From Candidatus Thorarchaeota archaeon (lineage in GTDB: Archaea > Asgardarchaeota > Thorarchaeia > Thorarchaeales > Thorarchaeaceae), in assembly GCA_048882485.1 (NCBI GenBank), contig JBHLRP010000011.1:1-64000 (forward strand): a stretch of 64,000 nt of DNA, given 5' to 3'. The position numbers were made by a program, and so were the translations under genes. Numbering within the stretch: position 1 is the first letter of the stretch; each line of letters opens with the position of its first letter. Under the pieces are notes generated by a model that worked only from the letters and a program-made list of their open reading frames with translations, was not told the DNA's origin and ran no database searches. Shown here one piece after another: positions 37,849 through 47,795 of this stretch.

Positions 37849-38694
37849 TTATTGAGGCACACCACACCATGGACATACCTTTGTGCCAGCTCTGAATGTT
37901 CTGCCACAAGAGAAGCAAAATGTTCTATCTTCTCTACTCTCTGAACCATCGCTGAATGGACTAAGTTCTCCTTGAGAAAACAGTGAACCAACGCTTTTGT
38001 CAGGAGAACGAATGCGGCATGTTGATCCCTCAGTTTCGCAAGCATCTCCAAAGAGATTGCTCAGATCAGCATAGGAGTCGGACCTTTCTGGCTCCCCATA
38101 GGATGGTGCAGTTTCAATTGGCGTAGATGTTTCATGCCGACTCCACGAACTCTCTTCTCGCTCCGGATAGCTTCTTGGCTCCAAGGATCGATCTATTGTG
38201 TCGAAATCTCTGCGATATTCGTCCCCACCATACCCTCTATCCACAGCAGGTCTGTTTGCCAGGGTTGAACCATAGCCATCATAGTCACTGCCAGAGCCTC
38301 TGTGACCTCGTGCAGACTCAATGAATCTGATGTGTGAATCGCTTTTCAATCGCTCGTATTCGTCTGGTGTAAGCCCAAGCATCTCGAGTGCTCTGTCTCT
38401 CTCTGCACATCTCTTTGACATCGGACAGCAGAAAGAAAGACTTGCATGACACAAAGACGCCATTGCTCTGTCTTGCCGCGATTTGAAGATAGGAGTTATC
38501 CTGCGCCTACCTAGAACGAGTGAGTCTCCACTCGCACGAAGTTCTGCATAACCACTCTGTGCAAGCGCCTCTACTATCTCTCTGGCTGGATAAGCTCTCC
38601 CCTCGATCACAACATGTCCTTCAGTCTTATCTAATCGCACTGGGCGTTCAGCGTTTCTGCCGTCTTCACGGCTAGGATATCTCGTGATAGCCAC
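37849..38694 (-). CDS. Hypothetical protein with Cys-rich motif (methanogenesis-marker-9-like) and C-terminal double Zn ribbon
   Basis: CHASLSFCCPMSKRCAERDRAL..LGL...EY..LK; FCFSCG......CPWCG. Confidence 0.6.
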   Translation of the reverse strand: MAITRYPSREDGRNAERPVRLDKTEGHVVIEGRAYPAREIVEALAQSGYAELRASGDSLVLGRRRITPIFKSRQDRAMASLCHASLSFCCPMSKRCAERDRALEMLGLTPDEYERLKSDSHIRFIESARGHRGSGSDYDGYGSTLANRPAVDRGYGGDEYRRDFDTIDRSLEPRSYPEREESSWSRHETSTPIETAPSYGEPERSDSYADLSNLFGDACETEGSTCRIRSPDKSVGSLFSQGELSPFSDGSESREDRTFCFSCGRTFRAGTKVCPWCGVPQ

Positions 38695-38836
38695 CTCTAG
38701 AAATTATGACTAAATGTCATGTCCTAATGCTCTCTGTGCAATACAGGTGTATGTATTATCTGGGTCTGATACGCGATGGTTATATACCAGCATGGAGTCC
38801 CTACGGTTTACCTATTCTTGTGGAGGAAAACTAGGA

Positions 38837-39196
38837 ATGGGCTGCAAAGCCGAAGGTGCTGCACAGGGATTCACTGTGCTAGGCGGTATTGTACTTGTAG
38901 TGATTGCAATCCAGATGATCAACAGCGGCATCAATGCCCTTGGTGGAGATGGTTTGATTGATGTGATCGTAGGCATTGTGCTAATCCTAATGGTCGCACT
39001 CTCCTATGATGCATGTGGTCTTATTCTTTGGAAGATGCGTCGAAACGGAGCCTATCTAACAGTATTCGGCTTGTTCTCGATTTTCATCGTACTGCGTCAC
39101 TTCAGTTTCGAGCCAATTTTATGGTTGATGAACTCGGGAACATTGGCGGGATTCATGATTTTGATTGCAGGAATGCTTCTTCTCATTAGATCATAA
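38837..39196 (+). CDS. Small 4-TM membrane protein
   Basis: Four hydrophobic segments. Confidence 0.65.
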   Translation: MGCKAEGAAQGFTVLGGIVLVVIAIQMINSGINALGGDGLIDVIVGIVLILMVALSYDACGLILWKMRRNGAYLTVFGLFSIFIVLRHFSFEPILWLMNSGTLAGFMILIAGMLLLIRS

Positions 39197-39336
39197 TAAT
39201 AGAAGTGAACAAGAAAGCACTAGCTGGAGAAGGAGGGCCTATTGGTCCTCCTACCAAAACAGCAAGGGGACAACAAAGGAAAACGCTGTCAATCGAATTG
39301 AAAAAGCAATCAAGGAATCGGCTCTGACGGTCTGGT

Positions 39337-39384
39337 CCAAAAAGAAAGAAGACTCATCTCCTGACTTCTAGAGTCGGAGATGAG
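39337..39384 (-). terminator. Hairpin plus T-tract downstream of 39395..39724
   Basis: ctcatctcc-t-gact-tctag-agtc-ggagatgag next to aaaaagaaagaa on the + strand. Confidence 0.6.
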
Positions 39385-39394
39385 CATCCTATGT

Positions 39395-39724
39395 CTAGAG
39401 AAGCCAGAGAATTGCACCCAGAATGACTAGAATACCACCCAGGTCGCTAGTGAACAGAATCATCAGAATTCCCATGATTAGGACTACGATGAATTTGTTC
39501 GTTTTTCCAAAGTCGAGTGCACTGATTTTTAGGAATCCACTGTTCACCAAAGCTATCAGTGAAAAGAGGATCGCTAGAATACCCATTATCAAGGGGTCAA
39601 GAAAGCCTGCAAGCAGGTTAACGAATCCAAATGGACTCCCTATAACCTTAAGGATTCCCTGGATTAGACCAACAAGTGCACCTAGGAGTACCAGAAGGTC
39701 TCCAATCTTCTTTAGATCTGCCAT
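39395..39724 (-). CDS. Small 4-TM membrane protein
   Basis: Hydrophobic helices, GGILVILGAIL C-terminus; similar layout to 38837..39196. Confidence 0.7.
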   Translation of the reverse strand: MADLKKIGDLLVLLGALVGLIQGILKVIGSPFGFVNLLAGFLDPLIMGILAILFSLIALVNSGFLKISALDFGKTNKFIVVLIMGILMILFTSDLGGILVILGAILWLL

Positions 39725-40015
39725 TGAAATTATCTCCTCTATCTGCCTCTCCACAATTCATTTAGACGCTCAGTTCCTTTGGATGAATGGTACTTTATCA
39801 TGGTGCTCGCTGTGGGTGCATGCCCAAAATTCACCCAACATCACATCACTCCAAATGATTAGGGATATTTCAGCTCGAATTCTTTCTTCTATTTAATCTA
39901 ACCGGATGATGGGCTCTCATAGACTGCAACAAATCATACGTTTTATCTGAGCATAAATGGCAATGCAATACTACCGCCATGCTCGCTATTGAGTAGACAG
40001 AGGTCCGAATATTCT

Positions 40016-41149
40016 ATGAGGAATGAGAAGAGAGTCTTATCACTTGCCAAGAAACTGATTGCTGCTAACTCTGAGAACCCCCCCGGAAGGGAGAGAGAAG
40101 TGGCAGAGGTTCTTCTCTCACATTTTGAGCCTTATGGGATTCATCGCACTCAGGTCGGTTCTGATGATAGACCTAACCTCGTCTTCTCAACGCACGATGG
40201 TGAAATGGGATCGCTTGTCCTTCATGGGCATATGGATACAGTTCCTGCTGGCCCTAGAGAGAAGTGGGAACATGATCCTTTTGGTTGTGAGGTAGTCGAT
40301 GGACGCCTGTATGGTAGAGGCGCAGCTGATATGAAGGGGCCTTTGGCAGCTTTAGCTGAAGCTATGATTCTATACAAAAAGGCAAATCACAAGGAGCCGC
40401 TTCTTTTACTCGCTACATCCAACGAAGAGAATGGCCTTCTTGGGGCGGAAGAGGTTGCGAACTCAGGAATCATGCGGGGCGTTAAATATGGAGTATGCGC
40501 AGAACCGACAAGCCTGCAGCTCTTTTTGGGAGTGAAAGGAGTTGTATGGGTAAAAGTCACTGCAACAGGAAAAACAGGCCACAGTTCTCGTCCTGACACA
40601 GGCAATAATGCCATCGATTTATGCATCCAAGCAATTCATGTATTGACGCATGGAGATTATCCATGTGAACCCGATGCGCTATTGGGAGAATATACAATGA
40701 ATGTGGGGAAGATAGAGGGCGGTACACAGCAGGGAGTCATTCCTGAATCCTGTGAAGCTCTAATTGACATGCGGATAGTAAAAGGCCAGACACCCGAGTC
40801 AATCATGGATCTAATGAGGCGCCACCTAGATGATGCAGGCATCGGGCAGTACATCTCGATTGAGAATTACAATAGTTCCTACACCACAATAACTCCCTTT
40901 GATTCCAAGATTGTGAAGTTCGCCACCAGAGCCATTGAGGATTTGACGGGATCGCAACCCACACTAGGTGTAGCTACATATGGGAGCGATGCGTCGGTGC
41001 TTCAAAACCGAATTGGAATTTCTAACATAATTTATGGTCCTGGCTCGATCGCTCAAGCCCATCAACCCAATGAGTACATAGAGATTGATGAGCTTTTGAA
41101 GTCAATAGATGTGTATCTTCATATTGCACGTGCATTTATTGAGCAATAG
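40016..41149 (+). CDS. M20-family metallopeptidase/deacylase (ArgE/DapE-like)
   Basis: GHMDTV, GRGAADMKG, NEE, AEPT, GHSS, AHQPNE. Confidence 0.9.
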   Translation: MRNEKRVLSLAKKLIAANSENPPGREREVAEVLLSHFEPYGIHRTQVGSDDRPNLVFSTHDGEMGSLVLHGHMDTVPAGPREKWEHDPFGCEVVDGRLYGRGAADMKGPLAALAEAMILYKKANHKEPLLLLATSNEENGLLGAEEVANSGIMRGVKYGVCAEPTSLQLFLGVKGVVWVKVTATGKTGHSSRPDTGNNAIDLCIQAIHVLTHGDYPCEPDALLGEYTMNVGKIEGGTQQGVIPESCEALIDMRIVKGQTPESIMDLMRRHLDDAGIGQYISIENYNSSYTTITPFDSKIVKFATRAIEDLTGSQPTLGVATYGSDASVLQNRIGISNIIYGPGSIAQAHQPNEYIEIDELLKSIDVYLHIARAFIEQ

Positions 41150-41218
41150 CGGAATCCACAAATTAGATAATGGGGTGATACGCCCAGCGCTCTTGTCCCA
41201 TCACGGAAGTGACATACG

Positions 41219-42568
41219 ATGGATGAGAAGCATATTGGAATTCTCAAAGAACTTGGTTTCGAAGATATCGATTCAGCTAAAATGACAAATGACTATTGGA
41301 AGCAGAGAGGCGCAGATGCTCTGGCTATCACAACTCAGGACAGAGATGTATATGGCTGCCTTGATCACACTGTTGGTGATGGCGTACTAATCTATGATAT
41401 TGAAGGTACGGAGTACCTGGATATAACCGGAGGAGTTGCTGTCCGTGCTTTTGGCTTAAGGTACAAACCCTATCTAGAATTCCAGAATCGCATAGTGGAT
41501 GTTGTGCATGAATTTCCTGGAATGGATTTTGATGCGATTCCTCAGACGCTTCTTGCCGAGAAGCTAGCCAAGATTACACCTGGGGACCATAAGAAGCGGG
41601 TTGCATTCACCACGTCCGGAGGACGTGCTGTAGAGGGATGTATGAAATCGGCTATGGACCTGTCAGGGAAGCGAAGATTTGTCACTTTCAGGCCAGCTTT
41701 TCATGGCCGAACAGGGTACGCTCTCGCTCTGACTTCAACAAACTCCAAACACAAGTCGGGTTTCCCGCAAGGAGTTGATGTAATTCGAGTTTTCTATCCC
41801 TACTGTTACCGATGTCCGTATGGTCAGAATGTAGAGGACTGCAATCTTGAGTGTGTGGAGGCTCTTCGCTATGCTCTCCAAGTCGAAGGTGATGATATTG
41901 CGGCAACTGTCATGGAGCCAATTGCGGGAGAAGGAGGATTGATAGTTCCGCCAGCCAAGGCTGTCAAAGGCATCTATGAGGTCACTAAGGAGTTTGGCGC
42001 ATATTTCATGTCCGACGAGGTCCAAGCCGGAATGGGCCGTACAGGAAAGTGGTGTGCAGTAGAAAATCATGGAGTGGTTCCTGATTTCATCTCCATGGCA
42101 AAGGCCCTAGGCGGTGGCTATCCTATGGGTGCATCCATTGGCCCAGTTCCAATGTACACTAGCGGTGCAAGACATTCTGAAACTTTCTCTGCTGAGCCTA
42201 AGATGTCCTTGTTATCCCTCTGGATATTGAAGCATATAGAAGACGGCGACTATTTGAGGAAGAACGCAGAGAAAGGTGCATACCTCTTGAAGCAGCTCAA
42301 GGAGCTTGTAGATAAACATGAAGTTGCTGGCGATGCCCGTGGAATTGGGCTAATGGTTGGAATTGAGTTTGTGAAGGACAAGAAGTCAAAGGAGAAGGCC
42401 CCCAAACTCCGTGATAAGCTTCTCAAGAACTTGGTCCAGAAACAGAAGCTATGGGTGTTGGGCTGTGGACAAAACGTCATACGGATCACACCTAGTTATG
42501 TGATTACCAAGGAAAATATCGATGATGCTGTAGAGCGACTTGATAAGGCAATTACCGAGGAGAGCTAA
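41219..42568 (+). CDS. Class III PLP-dependent aminotransferase (GabT/ArgD-like)
   Basis: FHGRT, EPIAGEGG, DEVQAGMGRTG, AKALGGG.P. Confidence 0.9.
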   Translation: MDEKHIGILKELGFEDIDSAKMTNDYWKQRGADALAITTQDRDVYGCLDHTVGDGVLIYDIEGTEYLDITGGVAVRAFGLRYKPYLEFQNRIVDVVHEFPGMDFDAIPQTLLAEKLAKITPGDHKKRVAFTTSGGRAVEGCMKSAMDLSGKRRFVTFRPAFHGRTGYALALTSTNSKHKSGFPQGVDVIRVFYPYCYRCPYGQNVEDCNLECVEALRYALQVEGDDIAATVMEPIAGEGGLIVPPAKAVKGIYEVTKEFGAYFMSDEVQAGMGRTGKWCAVENHGVVPDFISMAKALGGGYPMGASIGPVPMYTSGARHSETFSAEPKMSLLSLWILKHIEDGDYLRKNAEKGAYLLKQLKELVDKHEVAGDARGIGLMVGIEFVKDKKSKEKAPKLRDKLLKNLVQKQKLWVLGCGQNVIRITPSYVITKENIDDAVERLDKAITEES

Positions 42569-42649
42569 TCCGCAAAAATTGCGCTGGCAGCGGCAACCTT
42601 ATCATTTGATTCTAGGTTTACTGTAGTGTGACCTATAGATAGCTGGGAA

Positions 42650-43987
42650 ATGAAACGAATGGATACACCTTCAAGCCAATCACAACCACAAAACATCACA
42701 GCTGGCCACGATGGCGTGTTGGAGATTGAGGGTGACATCGATCCTGATTTCTCAATCCCGGATGACGCTAGGATTCTGATTATCAGCCAAGACCAAACCT
42801 TTCTGACGCATGGTATTCACAAATTTCCAGCGAAATTCTTCCCCGAACTTCCGAGATATCTGATTAAGCGATATTCGGAGCCAGGTCAGATTGTGCTCGA
42901 TCCAATGTGTGGCAGCGGGACCGTTGTTTTGGAGGCTATTCTGTCTGAGAGAACTGGAGTTGGCATCGATATTGATCCTATGGCGCGTCTCATAACAAAA
43001 GTAAAGACAACTCCAATTGAACATGATATTCTGCACTCTGCTGCAAATAACCTGATGCAACTAGTCCATCAGCGGAATACATCAGGTTATATCACTCCAT
43101 CCATTCCCCAATTCAATTACAGAGATACATGGTTCAAAGACTTCGTGCTACGAGAACTTGCTATCATTCGTGAATCAATTATTGATCTGAAGTTATCCAA
43201 GGGGAGCAACCCTCGGGATTTCATGAGAGTTGTTTTTTCATCCATAATTCGCGATGTGTCAAATGCTGATCCTCACTGCACTCGAACTGTCATCAGAAAG
43301 AATTTAGAAAAGAAGATATCGCCAGGTGAGGTCATTACTAGGTTTGCCAATGCGCTTTCAAAGCAAATCCGCGCCATGCATGATTTCTCAGAAGTGTGCA
43401 AGTCCATGAATGTTGGCGATGTACAGATTCCTGACGGCATAGCCACACAGACTGGCCTTGGAGATGATTCTATTGATTTGGCTGTGACCTCGCCGCCCTA
43501 CATTAACGCAGTTGATTATCCTCGCACTCACCAGCTTGAGATGTATTGGCTGGACCTAGTGGAGGATGGCCCTCTCTCGAATATGAAGCGGAAGTATATT
43601 GGCACTGAAACTGTCTACAAGGATGAATATTCGCAGTTAAAGGTTTCAGGATTCGAATCACTGGATCCACTTCTTGAGAGAATCTTCAATAGGGACCCGC
43701 GTCGGTCTTTCATTATCTTCAAGTTCTTTGAGGATATGAAAGAACAGCTCAAAGAAACCTTCCGTGTCCTCCATCCTGGGAGTCACTACTGTGTGGCTAT
43801 TGGCAATAATGTTATCCGAGGCAATTTAGTTGAGTCACACAGGATACTGGAGGAGATTGCTACTTCTGATGATGTGGGATTTATGATTGAGAAGACGTTC
43901 TTTTCAGGTGTAATCCGCCATTTCATCAAAATTCCGCGAAAAGAGCGAATGGCTGGAGAATGGATTTTGGTTTTGAGGAAGCCCTAG
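42650..43987 (+). CDS. Amino-DNA methyltransferase (N4-cytosine-type SPPY)
   Basis: THGIHKFPAKF, LDPMCGSGT, TSPPY. Confidence 0.85.
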   Translation: MKRMDTPSSQSQPQNITAGHDGVLEIEGDIDPDFSIPDDARILIISQDQTFLTHGIHKFPAKFFPELPRYLIKRYSEPGQIVLDPMCGSGTVVLEAILSERTGVGIDIDPMARLITKVKTTPIEHDILHSAANNLMQLVHQRNTSGYITPSIPQFNYRDTWFKDFVLRELAIIRESIIDLKLSKGSNPRDFMRVVFSSIIRDVSNADPHCTRTVIRKNLEKKISPGEVITRFANALSKQIRAMHDFSEVCKSMNVGDVQIPDGIATQTGLGDDSIDLAVTSPPYINAVDYPRTHQLEMYWLDLVEDGPLSNMKRKYIGTETVYKDEYSQLKVSGFESLDPLLERIFNRDPRRSFIIFKFFEDMKEQLKETFRVLHPGSHYCVAIGNNVIRGNLVESHRILEEIATSDDVGFMIEKTFFSGVIRHFIKIPRKERMAGEWILVLRKP

Positions 43988-43994
43988 GATTGCT

Positions 43995-44690
43995 CTACTT
44001 GTCAACTGGCCACATGAATTGCCGGATACCTTCGATAATCTCATTCATCACTCCTAGGGAATCCGACACTCCTCCTGGCACCTCCATACTATGATTTGCA
44101 TCATCAACAACCACAAGATTTCCTGCTGTGGCACTCTTGACCTGATTAAGGATGTCTTTATCGTAATGGGAATCGGATGTGCCTATGATGAATATGGAAT
44201 TAGGGTGGTACTTGGTGATCTGCATCACTAGATGTGGCATCTTAATGAGCGGCGTATGCCATATCACTTTGCAATTCCTAGTTTCTGAGAATGTATCTAG
44301 AAGGTGACCAATAGCAAGTGTACCAAGGGACTTCCCAACAAGAACTCTGACTTCAGCATCTATCTGATCTATAGCTGCCTTGTAAGCCTCCTCAACATCA
44401 CTGTAGAGCCACCTTTGTCTGTCCTCCCATTCTAGACTATTGAAATCCTGATTATTCCAATAGGCATAATCAACACTGAGCACACTAACTCGATTCTCGA
44501 GCAATAGGCTAATTGTGTAGTGAAGTAGTGGGCCTTGCGACGTATAGCCTCTACCAGGGAAGACTAGAGCAATTTTATCGCCAAATCCTTTAAGTTTGAG
44601 ATAGGTATTTGGTATCTGCTTTCCATCGTATCCTGTGATCTCGATGCTCTCAAACGAATACATGAGATGTAGCTGTTCTCTCTTGTACAT
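43995..44690 (-). CDS. Alpha/beta-hydrolase-fold protein
   Basis: FPGRGY, GKSLG nucleophile elbow, GTSD, ANHS; start uncertain. Confidence 0.8.
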   Translation of the reverse strand: MYKREQLHLMYSFESIEITGYDGKQIPNTYLKLKGFGDKIALVFPGRGYTSQGPLLHYTISLLLENRVSVLSVDYAYWNNQDFNSLEWEDRQRWLYSDVEEAYKAAIDQIDAEVRVLVGKSLGTLAIGHLLDTFSETRNCKVIWHTPLIKMPHLVMQITKYHPNSIFIIGTSDSHYDKDILNQVKSATAGNLVVVDDANHSMEVPGGVSDSLGVMNEIIEGIRQFMWPVDK

Positions 44691-44812
44691 AAGAACTGTG
44701 GAGGTTCCCCCGAAGACGATGGAATACGAATCCTTATTTGTCAAAATCACAGGAGAACTTCAGCACAATCAGGAGGTATGATAGAACATGGTGACTACTT
44801 TAAGGTGGGATC

Positions 44813-45046
44813 GTGTTTGCACAGCGCTCATTCTTAGCTCTACCTCCGTCTGCGAAGTTCTTGTACGTGCTGCTTAAGAACAGGCGCCGGATGACCCGGC
44901 AAGACCTGATCAGCAACACCTTCTTGCCTCCCAGGACAGTGAACTATGGCCTCAGTCGGTTGAAGGACCTAGGTCTTATCCAGGAGCATGAACATGGAAC
45001 GGACAAGCGGATGGCGGTCTATGAGCTAATTTCGGCGCCGATGTGA
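44813..45046 (+). CDS. Small winged-helix (MarR-like) regulator
   Basis: LPPSAKFLY..L, T.LPPRTV.YGL.RL, DKR..Y. Confidence 0.8.
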   Translation: MFAQRSFLALPPSAKFLYVLLKNRRRMTRQDLISNTFLPPRTVNYGLSRLKDLGLIQEHEHGTDKRMAVYELISAPM

Positions 45047-45062
45047 GCTAGTATGTAAAAGG

Positions 45063-45097
45063 AACGATATCTCTGAGGCTTGCTCGGAGATGTCGTT
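45063..45097 (+). terminator. 15-bp stem hairpin between the wHTH gene and aspS
   Basis: aacgatatctctgag-gcttg-ctcggagatgtcgtt (G-U pairs favour the + strand). Confidence 0.45.
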
Positions 45098-45190
45098 TCG
45101 GATTTCTTGAACTGCTTTCCGACACTTGTGCCAAAAGCCTCATAATGAAATCATGGAGGATTCTGTTCTGGAATACTGAGGCGATATCAG

Positions 45191-46549
45191 ATGGACTTCT
45201 ACAGCGATGCAGGTGTCGAGCCGATAGGCGAAGAAATCCGTACTCACTTCTGCACTGAGATCACAGCAGAGATCGCAGATGCGGAAGTCATCGTTATGGG
45301 CTGGGTTCATATTCTGCGTGATAAGGGGAAGATAAAGTTCCTTGTCCTTCGAGATGAACAAGGCCAGTGCCAAGTCACTATTCCTCAGGCGAAGGTTTCT
45401 GAGGAAGTCTTTGAGGTCTCTGGACAACTAAAACCAGAGTATGCAGTGGCTGTGACAGGCAAAGTTGTAGCCGCCAAGCAAGTCGCTTCAGGTGCTGAGA
45501 TTATTCCCACTAAGATTCGAATCATCAATACAGCTCAACGTCTGCCAATCGATGTTGTAGAGGGGAAGGTGGATATTGATCTGGATACGCGCCTCAACCA
45601 CAGAATTCTCGATCTTCGGAAGCCTTCAATCAACGCTATCTTTCGGATTCAACACTCATTGGTGCGATTTGCACGTGAATATCTTGAGTCAAATGGGTTT
45701 GTAGAGATTCACACTCCAAAAATTGTAGCCGAAGCCACAGAGGGAGGAGCAAACCTGTTCGAGATCAAATACTTCGATAAGAAGGCATACCTGGCTCAGA
45801 GTCCACAGTTCTATAAACAGCTGATGCTGCTGGCTGGATTCGGAAGGGTCTTTGAAATCGCTCCAGTGTTTCGAGCTGAGAAACACAACACAAGACGCCA
45901 TGTGAATGAGTATACGTCGTTCGACTTTGAGATGGCATGGATAACCGATGTGGATGATGTCATGAAGATGGAAGAGAGGATGCTCAATCATTCCTTCAAG
46001 AAGACCTCCAAGGCTGCAGCAGACGAATTAGAACTTCTTGATATCGAGCTGGTTGTACCAAAGTTGCCCTTCAAGAGAATCAAATATGCTGAAGCGATTG
46101 ACCTTCTCAACAGTGAAGGAAAAGAGATGGCAGTCACTGATGACATTGACCCAGAGGCTGAGCGCCTGCTAGGAAAGATATTCCCCGAGAAATTTGGGAC
46201 TGATATGGTTTTCTTGACGCATTATCCATTGGAGCTTAGGCCTGCATACACAATGCCGAGTATGACGGATGAGGGGATGACTGAGAGTTTCGACCTGACA
46301 TACAAAGGCATGGAGATTACAACGGGAGGTCAGCGAATTCATATCTATGACCTTTTGGTTGAGCGATTCAGGGCCAAAGGCTTCAATCCTGACGCTTTTG
46401 CTTTCTACCTAGACCCATTCAAGTATGGTGCACCCCCACATGGAGGATTGGGCCTCGGTGTTGAACGACTCACTATGCAGCTGCTGGGGATTGAAAATGT
46501 TCGCGAGGCTACTCTTCTTCCTCGAGACCGAGACCGAATCACGCCTTGA
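45191..46549 (+). CDS. aspS: Aspartyl-tRNA synthetase (archaeal type)
   Basis: GWVHILRD OB fold, LAQSPQFYKQ, FRAEKHNTRRHVNE, GAPPHGGLGLGVER. Confidence 0.95.
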   Translation: MDFYSDAGVEPIGEEIRTHFCTEITAEIADAEVIVMGWVHILRDKGKIKFLVLRDEQGQCQVTIPQAKVSEEVFEVSGQLKPEYAVAVTGKVVAAKQVASGAEIIPTKIRIINTAQRLPIDVVEGKVDIDLDTRLNHRILDLRKPSINAIFRIQHSLVRFAREYLESNGFVEIHTPKIVAEATEGGANLFEIKYFDKKAYLAQSPQFYKQLMLLAGFGRVFEIAPVFRAEKHNTRRHVNEYTSFDFEMAWITDVDDVMKMEERMLNHSFKKTSKAAADELELLDIELVVPKLPFKRIKYAEAIDLLNSEGKEMAVTDDIDPEAERLLGKIFPEKFGTDMVFLTHYPLELRPAYTMPSMTDEGMTESFDLTYKGMEITTGGQRIHIYDLLVERFRAKGFNPDAFAFYLDPFKYGAPPHGGLGLGVERLTMQLLGIENVREATLLPRDRDRITP

Positions 46550-46672
46550 TTGACAGAATACATTCTTGATGTCCGGTGATTAAAAGAATCATCCTTTACA
46601 TGCAGCTACTTGCGTCAATTCAAAGCTATAAATTCTGTATTCAAGCCCGCGGATGACAAGGTGAAATTGCTA

Positions 46673-46891
46673 ATGCAAACAAGATTGAAGATATCATTGG
46701 GCGGAACTTTGGTTCTGTTGTCGATTTTCTTTGGCGTAGCTGCATCGGAGATAATTGCATACCTCAATACAACTACATCATCAATGCTGGGACTACCTAC
46801 CATAATTGCATTCTTCTTGGGCATAGCATTGGTATGTGGATTCATTGGATTCTATCTCTTATCGGAGATGGCAGTGAGCAAGCAGAGCTGA
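46673..46891 (+). CDS. Small 2-TM membrane protein
   Basis: Two hydrophobic helices; followed by hairpin gagggca-gtg-tgccctc (46911..46927). Confidence 0.5.
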   Translation: MQTRLKISLGGTLVLLSIFFGVAASEIIAYLNTTTSSMLGLPTIIAFFLGIALVCGFIGFYLLSEMAVSKQS

Positions 46892-47035
46892 GGTCCCACG
46901 AATTAATTCAGAGGGCAGTGTGCCCTCCCTATTCTCCCTCAAATATACCTGATAATACTCTCTCTTATAGTAGCAGTAGACCATTCTCAACCAATAGTCC
47001 ATTCTGGACTAAACACTTGAGTGAAGGTTTCTGCG

Positions 47036-47794
47036 ATGCAAGAACGTCTCCAATCTGAACTCTTCGCCTCAATAGCAACCCTTGACCAGCTGAAGAAGAT
47101 GTTCGACATGGGCATAGTCGACATCAGATCCTATCAGAGGGAGTCTGAAGCACTGGCCAGTGAGGTAAAGGCGAATATTGCAGACCTGAAGCGCATCGGT
47201 CTAGATTTCGGCACCTTCATTCAGACTGAACGTGTTGCAGAACGATTCCCTGATGCTATTATGCTGCTTGACATTTCCCGACGTGAAAATAGATACCGTG
47301 GCGACGGCATGACAATGGATGAATATTATGACCACATTGGCCTCGCGATTCTTGATGTGGCAACTGTACATGCATCCAAGGGACTCATGGGACTGGCTGA
47401 ACTGATTGTTGAAGTTGTGAAGCGCATGCCTGAGCTAAAGGCAATAAGCTATAGTGATGTAATTGAGGCTGTCAACCGTGTAGCTGAGCACGGGCTAATC
47501 CCTGGAATTCGGACTCTGCGCGGTGGCGTGAAAGTTGTCGAGCTCCGCCCGCTTGAGCTCCGGAGGGACCAAGCGGATGTGGTGAACCTCGCTGCATCAA
47601 AAGGCTATGTTTCCGTTGAAGAAGTAATGATGCTTATGAAATGGTCTGAGGATCATGCAAGGCAAGTCCTATCCAGTCTAGTAGACGCCGGTATGGCAGT
47701 GGCAGACATTCGATTCTCAACCGGGGGCAGATACTACTTCCCAGGTCTACGTGCTAGGGACTCCAGCGATGGTGGACCTATCTCACGGCGATAG
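47036..47794 (+). CDS. ESCRT-II EAP30/Vps22-Vps36-like protein with Vps28-N-like N-terminal region
   Basis: C-terminal: YYDHIGLAILDV, GLMGLAEL, IS.SDV..AV, P.EL..DQ..V, GYVS, W....A..VL..L, D.....YYFP; N-terminal: ELFASIATLDQLKKMF..G......Y. Confidence 0.8.
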   Translation: MQERLQSELFASIATLDQLKKMFDMGIVDIRSYQRESEALASEVKANIADLKRIGLDFGTFIQTERVAERFPDAIMLLDISRRENRYRGDGMTMDEYYDHIGLAILDVATVHASKGLMGLAELIVEVVKRMPELKAISYSDVIEAVNRVAEHGLIPGIRTLRGGVKVVELRPLELRRDQADVVNLAASKGYVSVEEVMMLMKWSEDHARQVLSSLVDAGMAVADIRFSTGGRYYFPGLRARDSSDGGPISRR

Positions 47795-47795
47795 G

